64,000 nt of DNA, from NCBI GenBank assembly GCA_963700925.1, contig OY969553.1, positions 2,252,459 to 2,316,458 of the forward strand, written 5' to 3'. The notes beneath the pieces were generated by a model that saw only the letters and a program-made list of their open reading frames with translations, did not search any database and was not told where the DNA came from. The position numbers and the translations under genes are program-made. Positions within the stretch are counted from its first letter, which is position 1. Each line of letters begins with the position of its first letter. This DNA comes from an uncultured Actinomycetota bacterium (GTDB lineage Bacteria; Actinomycetota; Actinomycetes; Actinomycetales; CAWJMD01). This document shows, one piece after another, positions 26,843 through 37,089 of the stretch.

Positions 26843-27808
26843 ATGCCGGGAGTACCGCCCGCCCGCTACGGCTTCCTGGGCCCCGAGGGCACGTTCACCG
26901 AGGCCGCACTGCTGCAGGTCCGCGCCGCGCAGACCGGCGAGCGCACAGCGTTCCCGAGCGTCGACGCCGCCCTCGGCGCGGTGCGCGACGGTGACATCAC
27001 GGCGGCGATGGTACCGATCGAGAACTCCGTCGAGGGCGGCGTCGGCGCGACCCTCGACGCCCTGAGCGTCGGCGACGAGCTCGTGGTCGTGCGAGAGGTG
27101 CTGGTGCCGGTGCAGTTCGTGCTGGCTGCGCGGCCAGGCACGACCCTGGCCGACGTCAAGCGACTGTCGACGCACCCCCACGCGCTCGCGCAGTGCCGGC
27201 ACTGGCTGGCCGCGAAGCTTCCCGACGTCACCTACGTGCCGGGGCTCTCGACCGCCGCGGCGGCCGCCGGCCTGACCGTCCGCGACACGGGGGAGGGCGT
27301 CCTGGCCGACCCCGGCTACGACGCGACCCTGTGCGCGCTGGTGGCGGCCGACCGCTACGGCCTCACCGTGCTGGCCAAGGGAGTCGGCGACAACCCGAAC
27401 GCGGTGACCCGGTTCGTCCTCGTGTCGCGCCCGACGGCGCCGTCGCCGCCCACAGGCGCCGACAAGACATCCGTCGTCGTGTTCCAGAGCGACGACCACC
27501 CCGGTGGCCTGCTCGAGCTGCTGGAGCAGTTCGCCGCACGCGGCATCAACCTGACGTGGATCCAGTCGCGTCCGACCGGGGAGTCCTTGGGCCGGTACAG
27601 CTTCTCGATCGACTGCGAGGGCCACATCGCCGAGGCCCGGGTCGCCGAGGCGCTGATGGGGCTGCACCGCGTGACGACGCAGGTCCGCTACCTCGGCTCG
27701 TACCCGCGCGCCTCGGGCGAGCAGTCGCCCACGCTGCCCTCGAACAGCGACCGCGCCTTCGCCGACTCACAGGCATGGCTCCAGCGGCTGCGCGAGGGCC
27801 GCAACTAG
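26843..27808 (+). CDS. pheA: Prephenate dehydratase
   Basis: YGFLGPEGTFTEAA...TRFVLVSR, plus a C-terminal ACT domain with the ESLGRYSFSIDCEGH-type motif. Confidence 0.9.
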   Translation: MPGVPPARYGFLGPEGTFTEAALLQVRAAQTGERTAFPSVDAALGAVRDGDITAAMVPIENSVEGGVGATLDALSVGDELVVVREVLVPVQFVLAARPGTTLADVKRLSTHPHALAQCRHWLAAKLPDVTYVPGLSTAAAAAGLTVRDTGEGVLADPGYDATLCALVAADRYGLTVLAKGVGDNPNAVTRFVLVSRPTAPSPPTGADKTSVVVFQSDDHPGGLLELLEQFAARGINLTWIQSRPTGESLGRYSFSIDCEGHIAEARVAEALMGLHRVTTQVRYLGSYPRASGEQSPTLPSNSDRAFADSQAWLQRLREGRN

Positions 27809-28449
27809 ACGGGCCCGATTCTCAGCGCCGACCGAGCCAGCGCCACGGCCACCGTGCCGTTCAGAATTCCGAACACGACGTCGGACGGGTGATGCATCCC
27901 GCGGTACAGCCGCGAAAGGCCCACGGCCAGAGGGATCATCAGCAACAGCACCACGACGAGCACGCGCAGCCAGCGCGTCTCGATGCGCGAGGCAACGACC
28001 ATCCCGACCCCGAGCCAGAGCGCGGTCGCAGCCCCGGTGTGACCGGACGGGAAGCTCGACGTGGGCGGGGCCTCGTCCATCAGCTCGTACTCCGGCCTCT
28101 CGCGAGAGACCAGCAGGGTCGTGGTGAGGAACATCGTCGTCTGCAGCGCGACCCCGCCCCACAGCACGAAGGACTCGAGCCAGCCGCCCAGCAGCAGGCG
28201 CAGCACCAGGCCGACCATCGCTGCCAGCCCGACGACCATCAGGGTGTCCGCGGCGCGAGAACCGATGTTCGACAGGGTGTCCCGGGTCGTCGTCCCCCCG
28301 TCCTGCAGGCTCTCGACCATGCCGTCCTCGCCGCTCACCAGGCTCTCGAGCGGCCCCCCCAGCAGGCTGCCGATGGCAACCATCACCCCGATCCAGGCCA
28401 CCACCAGCACCAGGGTTCGCAGCGCCCACGCGCCGTGGGACCTCATCAC
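27805..28449 (-). CDS. PAP2-family phosphatase (membrane)
   Basis: SFPSGHTGAA and SRLYRGMHHPSDV, the PAP2 C2 and C3 motifs, with 5-6 TM helices. Overlaps the stop of the upstream kinase gene. Confidence 0.85.
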   Translation of the reverse strand: MMRSHGAWALRTLVLVVAWIGVMVAIGSLLGGPLESLVSGEDGMVESLQDGGTTTRDTLSNIGSRAADTLMVVGLAAMVGLVLRLLLGGWLESFVLWGGVALQTTMFLTTTLLVSRERPEYELMDEAPPTSSFPSGHTGAATALWLGVGMVVASRIETRWLRVLVVVLLLMIPLAVGLSRLYRGMHHPSDVVFGILNGTVAVALARSALRIGPV

Positions 28450-29666
28450 GACTCCTCCGGCGTGCGGTGCGGCACCTTGGACCGATCTCGCGTCAGGCCC
28501 TGCGTGAGATCCTGAGCCGCCTCACGAACCGTGTCGCCGATCGTCGACTTCGCGTCTGCATCCACCCGCACCACCAAGGCGCCGGGGTCGACCCGCACGT
28601 CGATCCGCGTGGCGTCCCCGATCGGGTCGCCGTCCAGCTGCGCGGTGTGGGGCTCGCTGGCCTCGACCGTGATCCTGCGCCCCTGCCAGTGCTCGACACG
28701 ACGGTGGCCCCTGCGCTGGCGCGTCATCACGCGGAGGACCACCGCCGCCCAACCAACCACTCCCGATGGCGCGATCGAGACCATGTCGAGCCGGCCGTCG
28801 TCGATCTTGGCGTCCGGCATCAGCACCAGCCCACCCAGCAGCCGGCCGACGTTGCCGATCACGACCGTGCGGACGCGCCGGTTGATCGGATCACCGTCGT
28901 CGACTTGGATCGTCACCCTCGTCCGCCGGCCGTTGAAGTGGCGCAACCCCGAGACGATGTACGCGATCGCGCCGACCCGAGCCTTGAGCGCCTCCGGGGC
29001 GTTCGCCATGATCTCGGCGTCGAAGCCCATGCCCGCCATCACGAGGAACACGTTCTCCTCGCCCGAGTCGACGCTCATCCACCCCACGTCGATCGGACGG
29101 TCGTCGCCCGTCAGGGCCACCCGCGCCGACTCGGTGAAGTCGTCGAGGGTCATCTCCATGTTGCGGGCCAGCAGGTTGCCGGTGCCGGCGGGGACCAGCG
29201 CCATGGTGACGCCGCTGCCGGCGAGCACCTGCGCGGCCGACCGCACCGTGCCGTCGCCGCCGCAGACCATCACGACGTCCACGCCCTGCTCGATCGCCTC
29301 ACGTGCCTGGCCCTCGCCCGGGTCTTCCACGGTCGTCTCGAGCCACAGGGGGTCCGACCAGCCGTGCTCGGCGCAGACCGCCGTGATGGCCGCCCGCGCA
29401 CCCGCGGCGTCGTCGAGCTTGACAGGGTTGACCACGACCGCGGGCAGCGGCATCTCGTCCAGATCTCGCGTCAGCACTTCGGGTGGTGTCGCGGTCCTGC
29501 GCCGGCGCCGCTTCGCCGAGCGCCCTGACCGGGGCGCCGGCTGTCGGCCGATCCAGCGAGCCAGCAGAACACCCACCAGGATCAGCACCAACAGCGCGCC
29601 ACCGAGCCCGAGCAGCAGTTCCAGTCCGGGGGCTGCGTCAGGCTCTGATGGCGCCGCCACGAGCAC
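28446..29666 (-). CDS. Diacylglycerol/lipid kinase family protein with N-terminal TM anchor
   Basis: VVNPVK...VMVCGGDGTVRSAAQVL...LVPAGTGNLLARN (DAGK catalytic domain). GTG start near 29660-29666, ahead of the hydrophobic LELLLGLGGALLVLILVGVLLA. Confidence 0.85.
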   Translation of the reverse strand: MLVAAPSEPDAAPGLELLLGLGGALLVLILVGVLLARWIGRQPAPRSGRSAKRRRRRTATPPEVLTRDLDEMPLPAVVVNPVKLDDAAGARAAITAVCAEHGWSDPLWLETTVEDPGEGQAREAIEQGVDVVMVCGGDGTVRSAAQVLAGSGVTMALVPAGTGNLLARNMEMTLDDFTESARVALTGDDRPIDVGWMSVDSGEENVFLVMAGMGFDAEIMANAPEALKARVGAIAYIVSGLRHFNGRRTRVTIQVDDGDPINRRVRTVVIGNVGRLLGGLVLMPDAKIDDGRLDMVSIAPSGVVGWAAVVLRVMTRQRRGHRRVEHWQGRRITVEASEPHTAQLDGDPIGDATRIDVRVDPGALVVRVDADAKSTIGDTVREAAQDLTQGLTRDRSKVPHRTPEES

Positions 29667-29751
29667 TTGGGCAACGTAGCCGTCCCCCAGCCTCGGTGCC
29701 CGTCCGAAACTCGGCACAGGCCGCTGGCAATCCTCGGCTAGCCTCGGCGCC

Positions 29752-31029
29752 GTGATCGACCTGCGCCGCGTCCGGGAGGACCCCGACACCGTCCGTGCCA
29801 GCCAACGCGCCCGCGGGGAGGACCCCTCGCTCGTCGACGCGGTACTCGACGCGGATGCGCTGCGGCGCTCGTCCCTCACCGAGTTCGAGACCCTTCGGGC
29901 CGAGCAGAAGGACTTCGGCAAGCAGGTGGCCACGGCGCGCGGCGACGAGAAGCAGGCGCTGGTGGCCAAGGCCAAGGAGCTGTCGGAGCGGGTCAAGGCA
30001 GCGCAGGCGGCGGCGGACGAGGCGCAGGCCTCCCTCGACGTGCTGATGTGGCAGATCCCGAACGTCGTCGCCGACGGAGTGCCGGTCGGGGGCGAGGACG
30101 ACTACGTGGTGCTGCGCGAGGTCGGCGAGCGCCGCGACCTCACTGCCGACGGCGGACGGGTGCGCGACCACCTCGAGATCGCCGAGGGCCTGCGGGCCGT
30201 CGACATGGTGCGCGGCGCGAAGGTGTCGGGAACCCGCTTCTTCTTCCTGACCGGCATCGGGGCCCGGCTGGAGCTCGCGCTGCTCAACTACGCCGTGGAC
30301 ACCGCTCTGGCAGCGGGCTTCACGCCGATGATCACGCCGACTCTCGTGCGCCCCGAGGTGATGGCCGGCACCGGGTTCCTCGGCGCGCACGCCGACGAGG
30401 TCTACCGGCTGGAGGCCGACGACCTGTACCTCGTCGGCACGTCCGAGGTCGCGCTCGCGGGCTACCACTCGGACGAGATCGTCGACCTCTCCGACGGTCC
30501 GTTGCGCTACGCGGGCTGGTCGGCCTGCTACCGGCGCGAGGCCGGCTCGTACGGCAAGGACACCCGCGGCATCATCCGCGTGCACCAGTTCCACAAGGTC
30601 GAGATGTTCAGCTACTGCACCTTGGATGACGCGGCTGCCGAGCACGACCGGTTGCTCGCGTGGGAGGAGGAGATGCTGGCGGGCGTCGAGCTGCCTTACC
30701 GCGTGATCGACACTGCTGCAGGCGATTTGGGCACGAGCGCCGCGCGCAAGTTCGACTGCGAGGCGTGGCTGCCCTCCCAGGAGCGCTACCTGGAGCTGAC
30801 CTCGACGTCGAACTGCACCACCTTCCAGGCCCGGCGCCTCAACATCAGAGAGCGTGCGGCGGACGGGGGGACGCGCGCGGTGGCGACGCTCAACGGCACG
30901 ATGGCCACGACACGCTGGATCGTCCCGCTGCTCGAGAACCACCAGCAGCCCGACGGGTCGGTTCACGTCCCCATGGCGCTACGGCCGTACCTCGGCGGCC
31001 TGGAGCGCCTGACGCCCGTCGAGGGCTGA
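29752..31029 (+). CDS. serS: Serine--tRNA ligase
   Basis: N-terminal coiled-coil arm ([12 protein letters not shown]...) and class II motifs ([42 protein letters not shown]). Confidence 0.95.
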   Translation: MIDLRRVREDPDTVRASQRARGEDPSLVDAVLDADALRRSSLTEFETLRAEQKDFGKQVATARGDEKQALVAKAKELSERVKAAQAAADEAQASLDVLMWQIPNVVADGVPVGGEDDYVVLREVGERRDLTADGGRVRDHLEIAEGLRAVDMVRGAKVSGTRFFFLTGIGARLELALLNYAVDTALAAGFTPMITPTLVRPEVMAGTGFLGAHADEVYRLEADDLYLVGTSEVALAGYHSDEIVDLSDGPLRYAGWSACYRREAGSYGKDTRGIIRVHQFHKVEMFSYCTLDDAAAEHDRLLAWEEEMLAGVELPYRVIDTAAGDLGTSAARKFDCEAWLPSQERYLELTSTSNCTTFQARRLNIRERAADGGTRAVATLNGTMATTRWIVPLLENHQQPDGSVHVPMALRPYLGGLERLTPVEG

Positions 31030-31287
31030 GCTGCTGTCGGAGGCGATGGCTACCGTCAGGGCTATGGCAAGGACAGGCGGGAGTGGACAGTCGACGACCA
31101 CCTGCGCGAGGCGGACCCGCAACAGGTAGAGCTCTACCGGCAGGTCGAGGCGATCATCCACGCGTGCGGCGACGTGACGACGTCGGTCGCCAAGACGACG
31201 ATCACGACGTTCCGGTCCTGGGTTCAGGAGGCGTACCGCGTCGGCGAGGGGGACCATCTGCTCAACTCTCGACCCCAGGAGGTCGTC
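31030..31287 (+). pseudogene. Possible remnant of a DUF5655-like gene 5' end, lacking a start codon
   Basis: In the serS frame, immediately after its TGA, the sequence reads ...[46 protein letters not shown] with high GC3. It resembles the N-terminus of DUF5655 proteins as I recall them. There is no ATG, and it runs in frame into the DUF1905 ORF. Confidence 0.3.
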
Positions 31288-31560
31288 GTGGACAAGCAGT
31301 TCACCGCCCCGCTCCAGAAGGGCAGGAACAAGGGCGCCTGGACGTACGTCGTGATGCCCGACTCGGCCGACTACTTCGGCACCAAGGGCCTGGTCAAGGT
31401 GCGCGGCACGGTCGACGGCCAGCCGTTCCAGAGCTCGTTCATGGCGCTGGGCGACGGAACTCACAAGCTCCCGATCAAGGCGGCGGTCCGCAAGGTCATC
31501 GGCAAGGAGGCGGGCGACACGGTGGACGTCCGCATCGAGGAACGGCTGGACGAGGACTGA
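31288..31560 (+). CDS. DUF1905 (YdeI N-terminal-like) domain protein
   Basis: [85 protein letters not shown] lies 6 nt before GTG 31288. The track start at 31174 is an alternative. Confidence 0.7.
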   Translation: MDKQFTAPLQKGRNKGAWTYVVMPDSADYFGTKGLVKVRGTVDGQPFQSSFMALGDGTHKLPIKAAVRKVIGKEAGDTVDVRIEERLDED

Positions 31561-31599
31561 CCGCGCTGGGACCGACGCCCGGGACCGTAGGGTTGGCGC

Positions 31600-32424
31600 G
31601 TGGTCAACCCGTCACCGAGCCTCGTCGCCCTCGACGTGGACGGAACGCTGATCCACTACGACCAGTCGATGTCACCGCGGGTGCGCAAGGCCGTGCGGGC
31701 CGCGTACGACGCCGGGCACCAGCTGGTGATCGCCACCGGACGCTCCCTCCTCGGCACGCTGCCGATCGCCGACGAGCTGGGCCTCGACGACAACTACCTC
31801 GTGTGCAGCAACGGCGCCGTCACCGTCCGCCTCGACCCGAACCTGCCCGAGGGGTACGAGATCGCCGACATGGTGACGTTCGACCCCGGGCCCGTCGTGG
31901 CCCTCGTGCGCGAGCAGCTGCCTGACGCCCTGTTCGCGGTCGAGGTCGTCGGTCAGGGTGCCCGTGTCAGCGGCGACTGGCCCGAGGGCGAGCTGTCGGG
32001 ACTGCTCGACGTGGTGCCGTTCGACCGGCTCATCGACGGCCCGACCACGCGTGTCGTCGTCCGCAGCCCGCAGCGCACGCCGGCCGACTTCCTGGAGATG
32101 ATCGAGCGGATCGGGCTGCACGGCGTGAGCTACGCCGTCGGGTACACAGCCTGGCTCGACCTCGCACCCGAGGGGGTCAGCAAGGCCAGCGCGCTCGAGA
32201 AGGTGCGCGAGTGGCTCGGGGTGCCCCTCGCGAGCACGATCGCGATCGGCGACGGCCGCAACGACCTGGAGATGCTGGCCTGGGCCGCGCGTGGCATCGC
32301 GATGGGCAACGCCTCCGACATCGTGCTGGCCGCCGCTGACGAGATCGCCCCTGACGTGCGTGAGGACGGGGCCGCGCAGGTGCTCGAGGAGCTGCTCGGA
32401 CTCACGTCCGACCACAAGAGGTAG
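31600..32424 (+). CDS. Cof-type HAD-IIB hydrolase
   Basis: LVALDVDGTL (motif I), IATGRS (II), IAIGDGRNDLEMLAWAARGIAMGNA (III/IV). Confidence 0.88.
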   Translation: MVNPSPSLVALDVDGTLIHYDQSMSPRVRKAVRAAYDAGHQLVIATGRSLLGTLPIADELGLDDNYLVCSNGAVTVRLDPNLPEGYEIADMVTFDPGPVVALVREQLPDALFAVEVVGQGARVSGDWPEGELSGLLDVVPFDRLIDGPTTRVVVRSPQRTPADFLEMIERIGLHGVSYAVGYTAWLDLAPEGVSKASALEKVREWLGVPLASTIAIGDGRNDLEMLAWAARGIAMGNASDIVLAAADEIAPDVREDGAAQVLEELLGLTSDHKR

Positions 32425-32507
32425 ACGCCAGGCGACCGGCAGATGTCGCAAACCGTCGGAATGTCTAGCCCCTGGTCACCCCCGGGGCCTACGGTGCCGA
32501 AGTTCAC

Positions 32508-35069
32508 ATGTTGACACTCCGGAGGACCCTGGTGCGCAGAACCCGATGGACGGCCCGACTGGGCGTCCTGACCCTCGCCGGCCTCGCGGCCGCCCCGCTG
32601 ACCGCCCTTCCCGCGGCAGCGCAGATCGCCCCGCACATCAGCGAGTTCCACTACGACAACACGGGAACGGACGCGGGGGAGGGCGTCGAGATCGGCGCCG
32701 ACCCGAACCAGGACCTCATCGGGTGGCGGGTGGTCTTCTACAACGGCACCGGTGGCGGCGTGTACCCGCCGGGTGCGACGGGCGAGGCAGGGATTCCGGT
32801 CGGCCCGGCGAACGCGGCTGGTTTCGCAGTCATCTCACCACCCGTCCAGGGGATGCAGAACGGCGCGCCGGACGGGCTGGCGCTGGTCGACCCGGCGAAC
32901 GTGGTCGTCCAGTTCCTCTCGTACGAGGGCTCTTTCAGCGCGACCGACGGCGTGGCCATTGGACTGACCAGCACTGACGTCGGGGTGCTCGAGGTCGGCA
33001 CCGAGCCCGCGGGCCAGTCACTGCAGCTGATCGACGGTATCTGGACGGGACCCATCGCCGAGACCTTCGGCGCCGCGAACGAGGAGCCGCCGCTCGAGCC
33101 GGGTGACTGCGACGAGACACCGACGCACACCATCGGTCAGGTGCAGGGCAACACGGACGTCACGCCGCTGGGCGGTCAGGCCGTGATCGTCCGCGGCACG
33201 GTCGTCTCGGACCTCCAGGAGGGCGGCTACGGCGGCTACTTCGTCCAGGACGCGGGCGACGAGGATGCGGCCACGTCCGACGGCGTGTTCGTGTTCGCGC
33301 CCCTCCCGGCCGTCGCGCTCGGCGACGTGGTCCAGGTGTCGGGGACCCCCGGCGAGAGCTTCGGCCAGACCCAGATCGCCGACACGACCGAGGTCGGCAT
33401 CTGCTCGACGGGTGCGACCCCTCCGCCGGCAGCGTCGCTCGACCTGCCGGCCACGACGGCCGACCTTGAGCCGCTGGAAGGCATGCTGGCCACACCCGTC
33501 GACACCCTGACCGTCTCTGAGGTCTTCAACCTCAACCGGTTCGGCGAGGTGGTCCTCTCCCAGGGCGGCCGTCTCGTCATCCCGACGGAGACCGCTGAGC
33601 CGGGCACGGCGGCACAGGCCGTGATGGCGTCCAACGCCGCTCGGAGGCTCGTTCTCGACGACGGGCTCTCGACGAACCTGGTCACGGCCGGAGTCGCCCC
33701 GCCGTACCTGACCCTCGACGACCCCGTCCGGGTCGGTGACCAGCTCGGCACGCTGCAGCCCAGCGTGCTGTCGTTCGGCTTCAGCGCGTGGCGCCTTCAG
33801 CCGGCCGACGGCTCGGCTGACGGAAACACGTTCGTGGAGAAGAACCCGCGCACCGCGGCGCCTCGGTCTGTCGGTGGCGACATCCAGGTCGGTGCCTTCA
33901 ACGTGCTGAACTTCTTCTTCAACTGGGACCACCCGGACGCCCGGGGTGCGACGACCGAGGCCGAGATGCTGCAGCAGCGGGCCAAGATCGTCACGGCGAT
34001 CACGGACATGGACGCCGAGGTGCTGGCGCTGCAGGAGATCGAGAACTCCTCGGTGATCTCACCCGAGACCCCGTACTCCGCGCACGAGAACCTGGTCGGC
34101 GCCCTGAACGAGGCCGAGGGCGAGGACGTGTGGGAGTACGTGGAGGCGTCCGAGACGTCGGACGTGATCACCAACGCGATCATCTACCGCACGGACGCCG
34201 TCACCCCGGTGGGCGAGCCCCGCCAGATCACCGAGGACGCGGTGTGGGACAACGCCCGTGAGCCGATCGCCCAGACGTTCACGGCGCGCGGCGACACCTT
34301 CACGGTGATCGGCAACCACCTCAAGTCGAAGGGCAGCGGCACAGGGCCGGGCAACGTCGACATCGGCGATGGCCAGGGTGCGTCCAACGCCGACCGGGTG
34401 GCGCAGGCGGGGTCGCTGATGGCCTTCGTCGACGAGGTCGAGACCGCAGTCGGAGACCCCGACGTCCTCTTGCTGGGCGACTTCAACGCCTACTTGAAGG
34501 AGGACCCGATCGACGTCATCCACGGGGCGGGATTCGTGGACCTCGGGGCGACCATGAACCCACGCGACTACTCGTACGTGTTCAACGGCGAGTCGGGGTC
34601 GCTCGACCACGCATTCGCCAGCCCTTCGCAGCGGCTGAAGGTGACGGGTGTCGACACCTGGAACATCAACGGCGTCGAGTCGATCGCCTACCAGTACGAC
34701 GGGCACGACAGCCTGTACTCGGAGTACGCCTACGCAGCCAGCGACCACAGCCCGGAGATCTTGGGGCTGGCGCTGCGCTCCCCGGAGCAGATGTGCGACG
34801 GCAAGCCGGCGACCAGGATCGGCACCGGCGGCAACGACGTGCTGGCCGGCACCCCGGCAGCCGACGTGATCGTCGGGCTGGGTGGCCATGACACGATCCA
34901 CGGCCTGGCGGGCAACGACACGGTCTGCGCCGGCGACGGCAACGACACCGTTCGCGGGGGTGCCGGCAACGACCGGATCTCCGGTGGCAACGGCAACGAC
35001 CGCCTCTACGGGGAGGCCGGCAACGACTTCCTGGACGGCGGCGCGGGCAACAACATCATCGTTCAGTAG
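32508..35069 (+). CDS. ExeM/NucH-family extracellular endonuclease with C-terminal RTX-type calcium-binding repeats
   Basis: Signal peptide. Lamin-tail-like ISEFHYDNTGTDAGEGVEI. An EEP nuclease core (GAFNVLNFF...LALQEIEN...GDFNAY...SDHSPE). Eight GGxGxD-like nonapeptides at the C-terminus. Confidence 0.85.
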   Translation: MLTLRRTLVRRTRWTARLGVLTLAGLAAAPLTALPAAAQIAPHISEFHYDNTGTDAGEGVEIGADPNQDLIGWRVVFYNGTGGGVYPPGATGEAGIPVGPANAAGFAVISPPVQGMQNGAPDGLALVDPANVVVQFLSYEGSFSATDGVAIGLTSTDVGVLEVGTEPAGQSLQLIDGIWTGPIAETFGAANEEPPLEPGDCDETPTHTIGQVQGNTDVTPLGGQAVIVRGTVVSDLQEGGYGGYFVQDAGDEDAATSDGVFVFAPLPAVALGDVVQVSGTPGESFGQTQIADTTEVGICSTGATPPPAASLDLPATTADLEPLEGMLATPVDTLTVSEVFNLNRFGEVVLSQGGRLVIPTETAEPGTAAQAVMASNAARRLVLDDGLSTNLVTAGVAPPYLTLDDPVRVGDQLGTLQPSVLSFGFSAWRLQPADGSADGNTFVEKNPRTAAPRSVGGDIQVGAFNVLNFFFNWDHPDARGATTEAEMLQQRAKIVTAITDMDAEVLALQEIENSSVISPETPYSAHENLVGALNEAEGEDVWEYVEASETSDVITNAIIYRTDAVTPVGEPRQITEDAVWDNAREPIAQTFTARGDTFTVIGNHLKSKGSGTGPGNVDIGDGQGASNADRVAQAGSLMAFVDEVETAVGDPDVLLLGDFNAYLKEDPIDVIHGAGFVDLGATMNPRDYSYVFNGESGSLDHAFASPSQRLKVTGVDTWNINGVESIAYQYDGHDSLYSEYAYAASDHSPEILGLALRSPEQMCDGKPATRIGTGGNDVLAGTPAADVIVGLGGHDTIHGLAGNDTVCAGDGNDTVRGGAGNDRISGGNGNDRLYGEAGNDFLDGGAGNNIIVQ

Positions 35070-35079
35070 CCTCCGCTGC

Positions 35080-35880
35080 ATGCGGATGGTGGCGACCGAC
35101 CTCGACGGCACGCTCGTCGGGCGCGACCACTCCGTGAGCGCACGAAACCGGCTGGCACTGGCGGCGTGCCAGGCCGCCGGGATCGAGGTCGTCTTCGTCA
35201 CCGGCCGGCCCCTCCGGTGGATGGCGCCCGTCGTCGAGGCGACGGGCATCGCGGGAACGGCCATCTGCGCCAACGGTGCTGCCGTCTACGACCTCGCGAC
35301 GGGCGACCTGCTCCTGCACCACCCGGTGACGATCTCCGCGGTGCTGCCCGCGGTCGACCGCCTACGGACCGCACTCGGGCCGTTGGCGGTCGCCCTGGAG
35401 ACGCCCGAAGGCCCGGTCGCCGAGCACGACTACGCGACCACCTGGGACCCCGACGCCCAGATGCCGCGCGGCGGGCTCTCAGAGCTGCTGGCTGCCCACC
35501 CCACCGTGTTCAAGGTGCTCGTCCGCGGCACGGACCTGACATCGGACGAGATGCTCACCGTCGCCCGCGCCCAGCTCGACGGCGACATGACGGCGACCCA
35601 CTCGAACGCGCGCGGCGGCGGACTGCTCGAGCTGAGCGCCACCGGGGTCAGCAAGGCGGCGACGCTGGCCGAGCTGGCCGATCGGCGCGGGCTGGATGCG
35701 GCCGACGTGGTGGCGTTCGGCGACATGCCCAACGACGTCGAGATGCTGGCCTGGGCCGGACGGGGTGTCGCCATGGCCGACGGCCATCCGGAGGCGCTCG
35801 CGGCGGCCGACGAGGTGGCGCCGCCCTTCGCGGAGGACGGCGTCGCCCAGGTGCTGGAGCGGCTGCTGCGGAGCGTCTGA
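35080..35880 (+). CDS. Cof-type HAD-IIB hydrolase (second copy)
   Basis: MVATDLDGTL, VTGRP, VAFGDMPNDVEMLAWAGRGVAMADG. The start was moved to ATG 35080, just after the nuclease stop. Confidence 0.88.
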   Translation: MRMVATDLDGTLVGRDHSVSARNRLALAACQAAGIEVVFVTGRPLRWMAPVVEATGIAGTAICANGAAVYDLATGDLLLHHPVTISAVLPAVDRLRTALGPLAVALETPEGPVAEHDYATTWDPDAQMPRGGLSELLAAHPTVFKVLVRGTDLTSDEMLTVARAQLDGDMTATHSNARGGGLLELSATGVSKAATLAELADRRGLDAADVVAFGDMPNDVEMLAWAGRGVAMADGHPEALAAADEVAPPFAEDGVAQVLERLLRSV

Positions 35881-35904
35881 GCCCCGGCGTTCGAGACCTG
35901 CGGG

Positions 35905-37089
35905 TCAGTACCGGATGGCGTCGATGACCTTCGACCGGACGGCGATCGTCGCGGGCACGAGGCCTGCGAGCGCGCCGACCACGGTTGCGGTCAGCAGAGC
36001 CTCCAGCGCCGCCGAGACGGGGAAGCCCGGCACGTCGGTGATCCCGAGGTCGCCGAGCAGGCTGTCGAGCGGAATGTTGACGACGACCGCAACGGCCAGC
36101 GCCACCCCCACCAGTCCGGCCAGGGCTGTGGCACAGACGCTTTCGAGCACGATGGCTGCGAAGACCCGTCCCGATGACGCCCCCATGGCGCGACGGACGC
36201 CGATCTCGCGGATCCTCTGCCGCACGGTGACGATGCCGACGTTGAGCACTCCGAGCGTCCCCAGGCCCAGGGCGAACCACGACAGGCCGCGTACCACCCA
36301 CTGCGCCGCGGTGATGAGACCGGGCAGGCCCGGGTCGCTCATGGGGTACGCCTCACCCTGCATGCCCTGCGCCCTCAGCACCGAGGGAATCATCGCCGTG
36401 ATCTGGTCGGCGTCCTCCGGCGGAACCCACATCTCCAGGCCGGGTGTACTGCCCTCCATCCCGGGCAGTGACAGCGTCTCGGCCTCCGAGATCAGCATCG
36501 TGAGCTGAGGCGCCCAGGGATTGCGATCGACCACCCCGATCACCGTTGCCGTCGCGCCCGGGTCGCCGGGCAACTGCACGGTGAACGGGAGAGGAGCGTC
36601 CTGCTGCCCGGTCGTCTCGAGGTACTTGGTGTTCACGATCACGGCTGGGGCGAGCCGCTCGGCGTCGCGCTCGACGAACCACCGGCCCCGCTCCGGCGTG
36701 ATCCGGTGGATCACTCCGTAGTCGGGCTCGACCAATAGGACGTCGGTGTAGGTGAGTCCGGTCGGGAGGGCGACCTCGACGCCGGTCTGCATCGTCTTCG
36801 ACGAGTACGTCACGCCGAGGCGCTCGACGAGGTCGGCGTACACGCCGGCCAGCTGCTCGGCCGTCGCCTGCCCGTCGTTGGGCCCGGCCCAGACCGAGAG
36901 GGTTGTCGAGCGTCCGCCGTCGCGCTCGCTCGACTCGAGCAGGACCTGACGGGCGATCGTTCCCGCCGCCGTGATCCCTGTCATCGCGAACACGGCCAGC
37001 ACGACCCCGACCAGCGAGAGGACGACGCGTGCGCGGTGCACCCGTACCTCGCCCCAGGCCTCCTGGAGGCTCCCCACCAGGCCGGTCAC
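35905..37089 (-). CDS. ABC transporter permease (FtsX/MacB-type)
   Basis: N-terminal TM, a large extracytoplasmic domain, and a C-terminal FtsX 3-TM bundle with RQRIREIGVRRAMGAS. Confidence 0.85.
   Translation of the reverse strand: MTGLVGSLQEAWGEVRVHRARVVLSLVGVVLAVFAMTGITAAGTIARQVLLESSERDGGRSTTLSVWAGPNDGQATAEQLAGVYADLVERLGVTYSSKTMQTGVEVALPTGLTYTDVLLVEPDYGVIHRITPERGRWFVERDAERLAPAVIVNTKYLETTGQQDAPLPFTVQLPGDPGATATVIGVVDRNPWAPQLTMLISEAETLSLPGMEGSTPGLEMWVPPEDADQITAMIPSVLRAQGMQGEAYPMSDPGLPGLITAAQWVVRGLSWFALGLGTLGVLNVGIVTVRQRIREIGVRRAMGASSGRVFAAIVLESVCATALAGLVGVALAVAVVVNIPLDSLLGDLGITDVPGFPVSAALEALLTATVVGALAGLVPATIAVRSKVIDAIRY

Noticed and set aside
25568-27667. 699-aa minus-strand ORF spanning larB, the YidD-like gene and pheA
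   Set aside because: Only the C-terminal 250 aa or so match LarB. The rest is Arg/Gly-rich antisense of pheA and the YidD-like gene.
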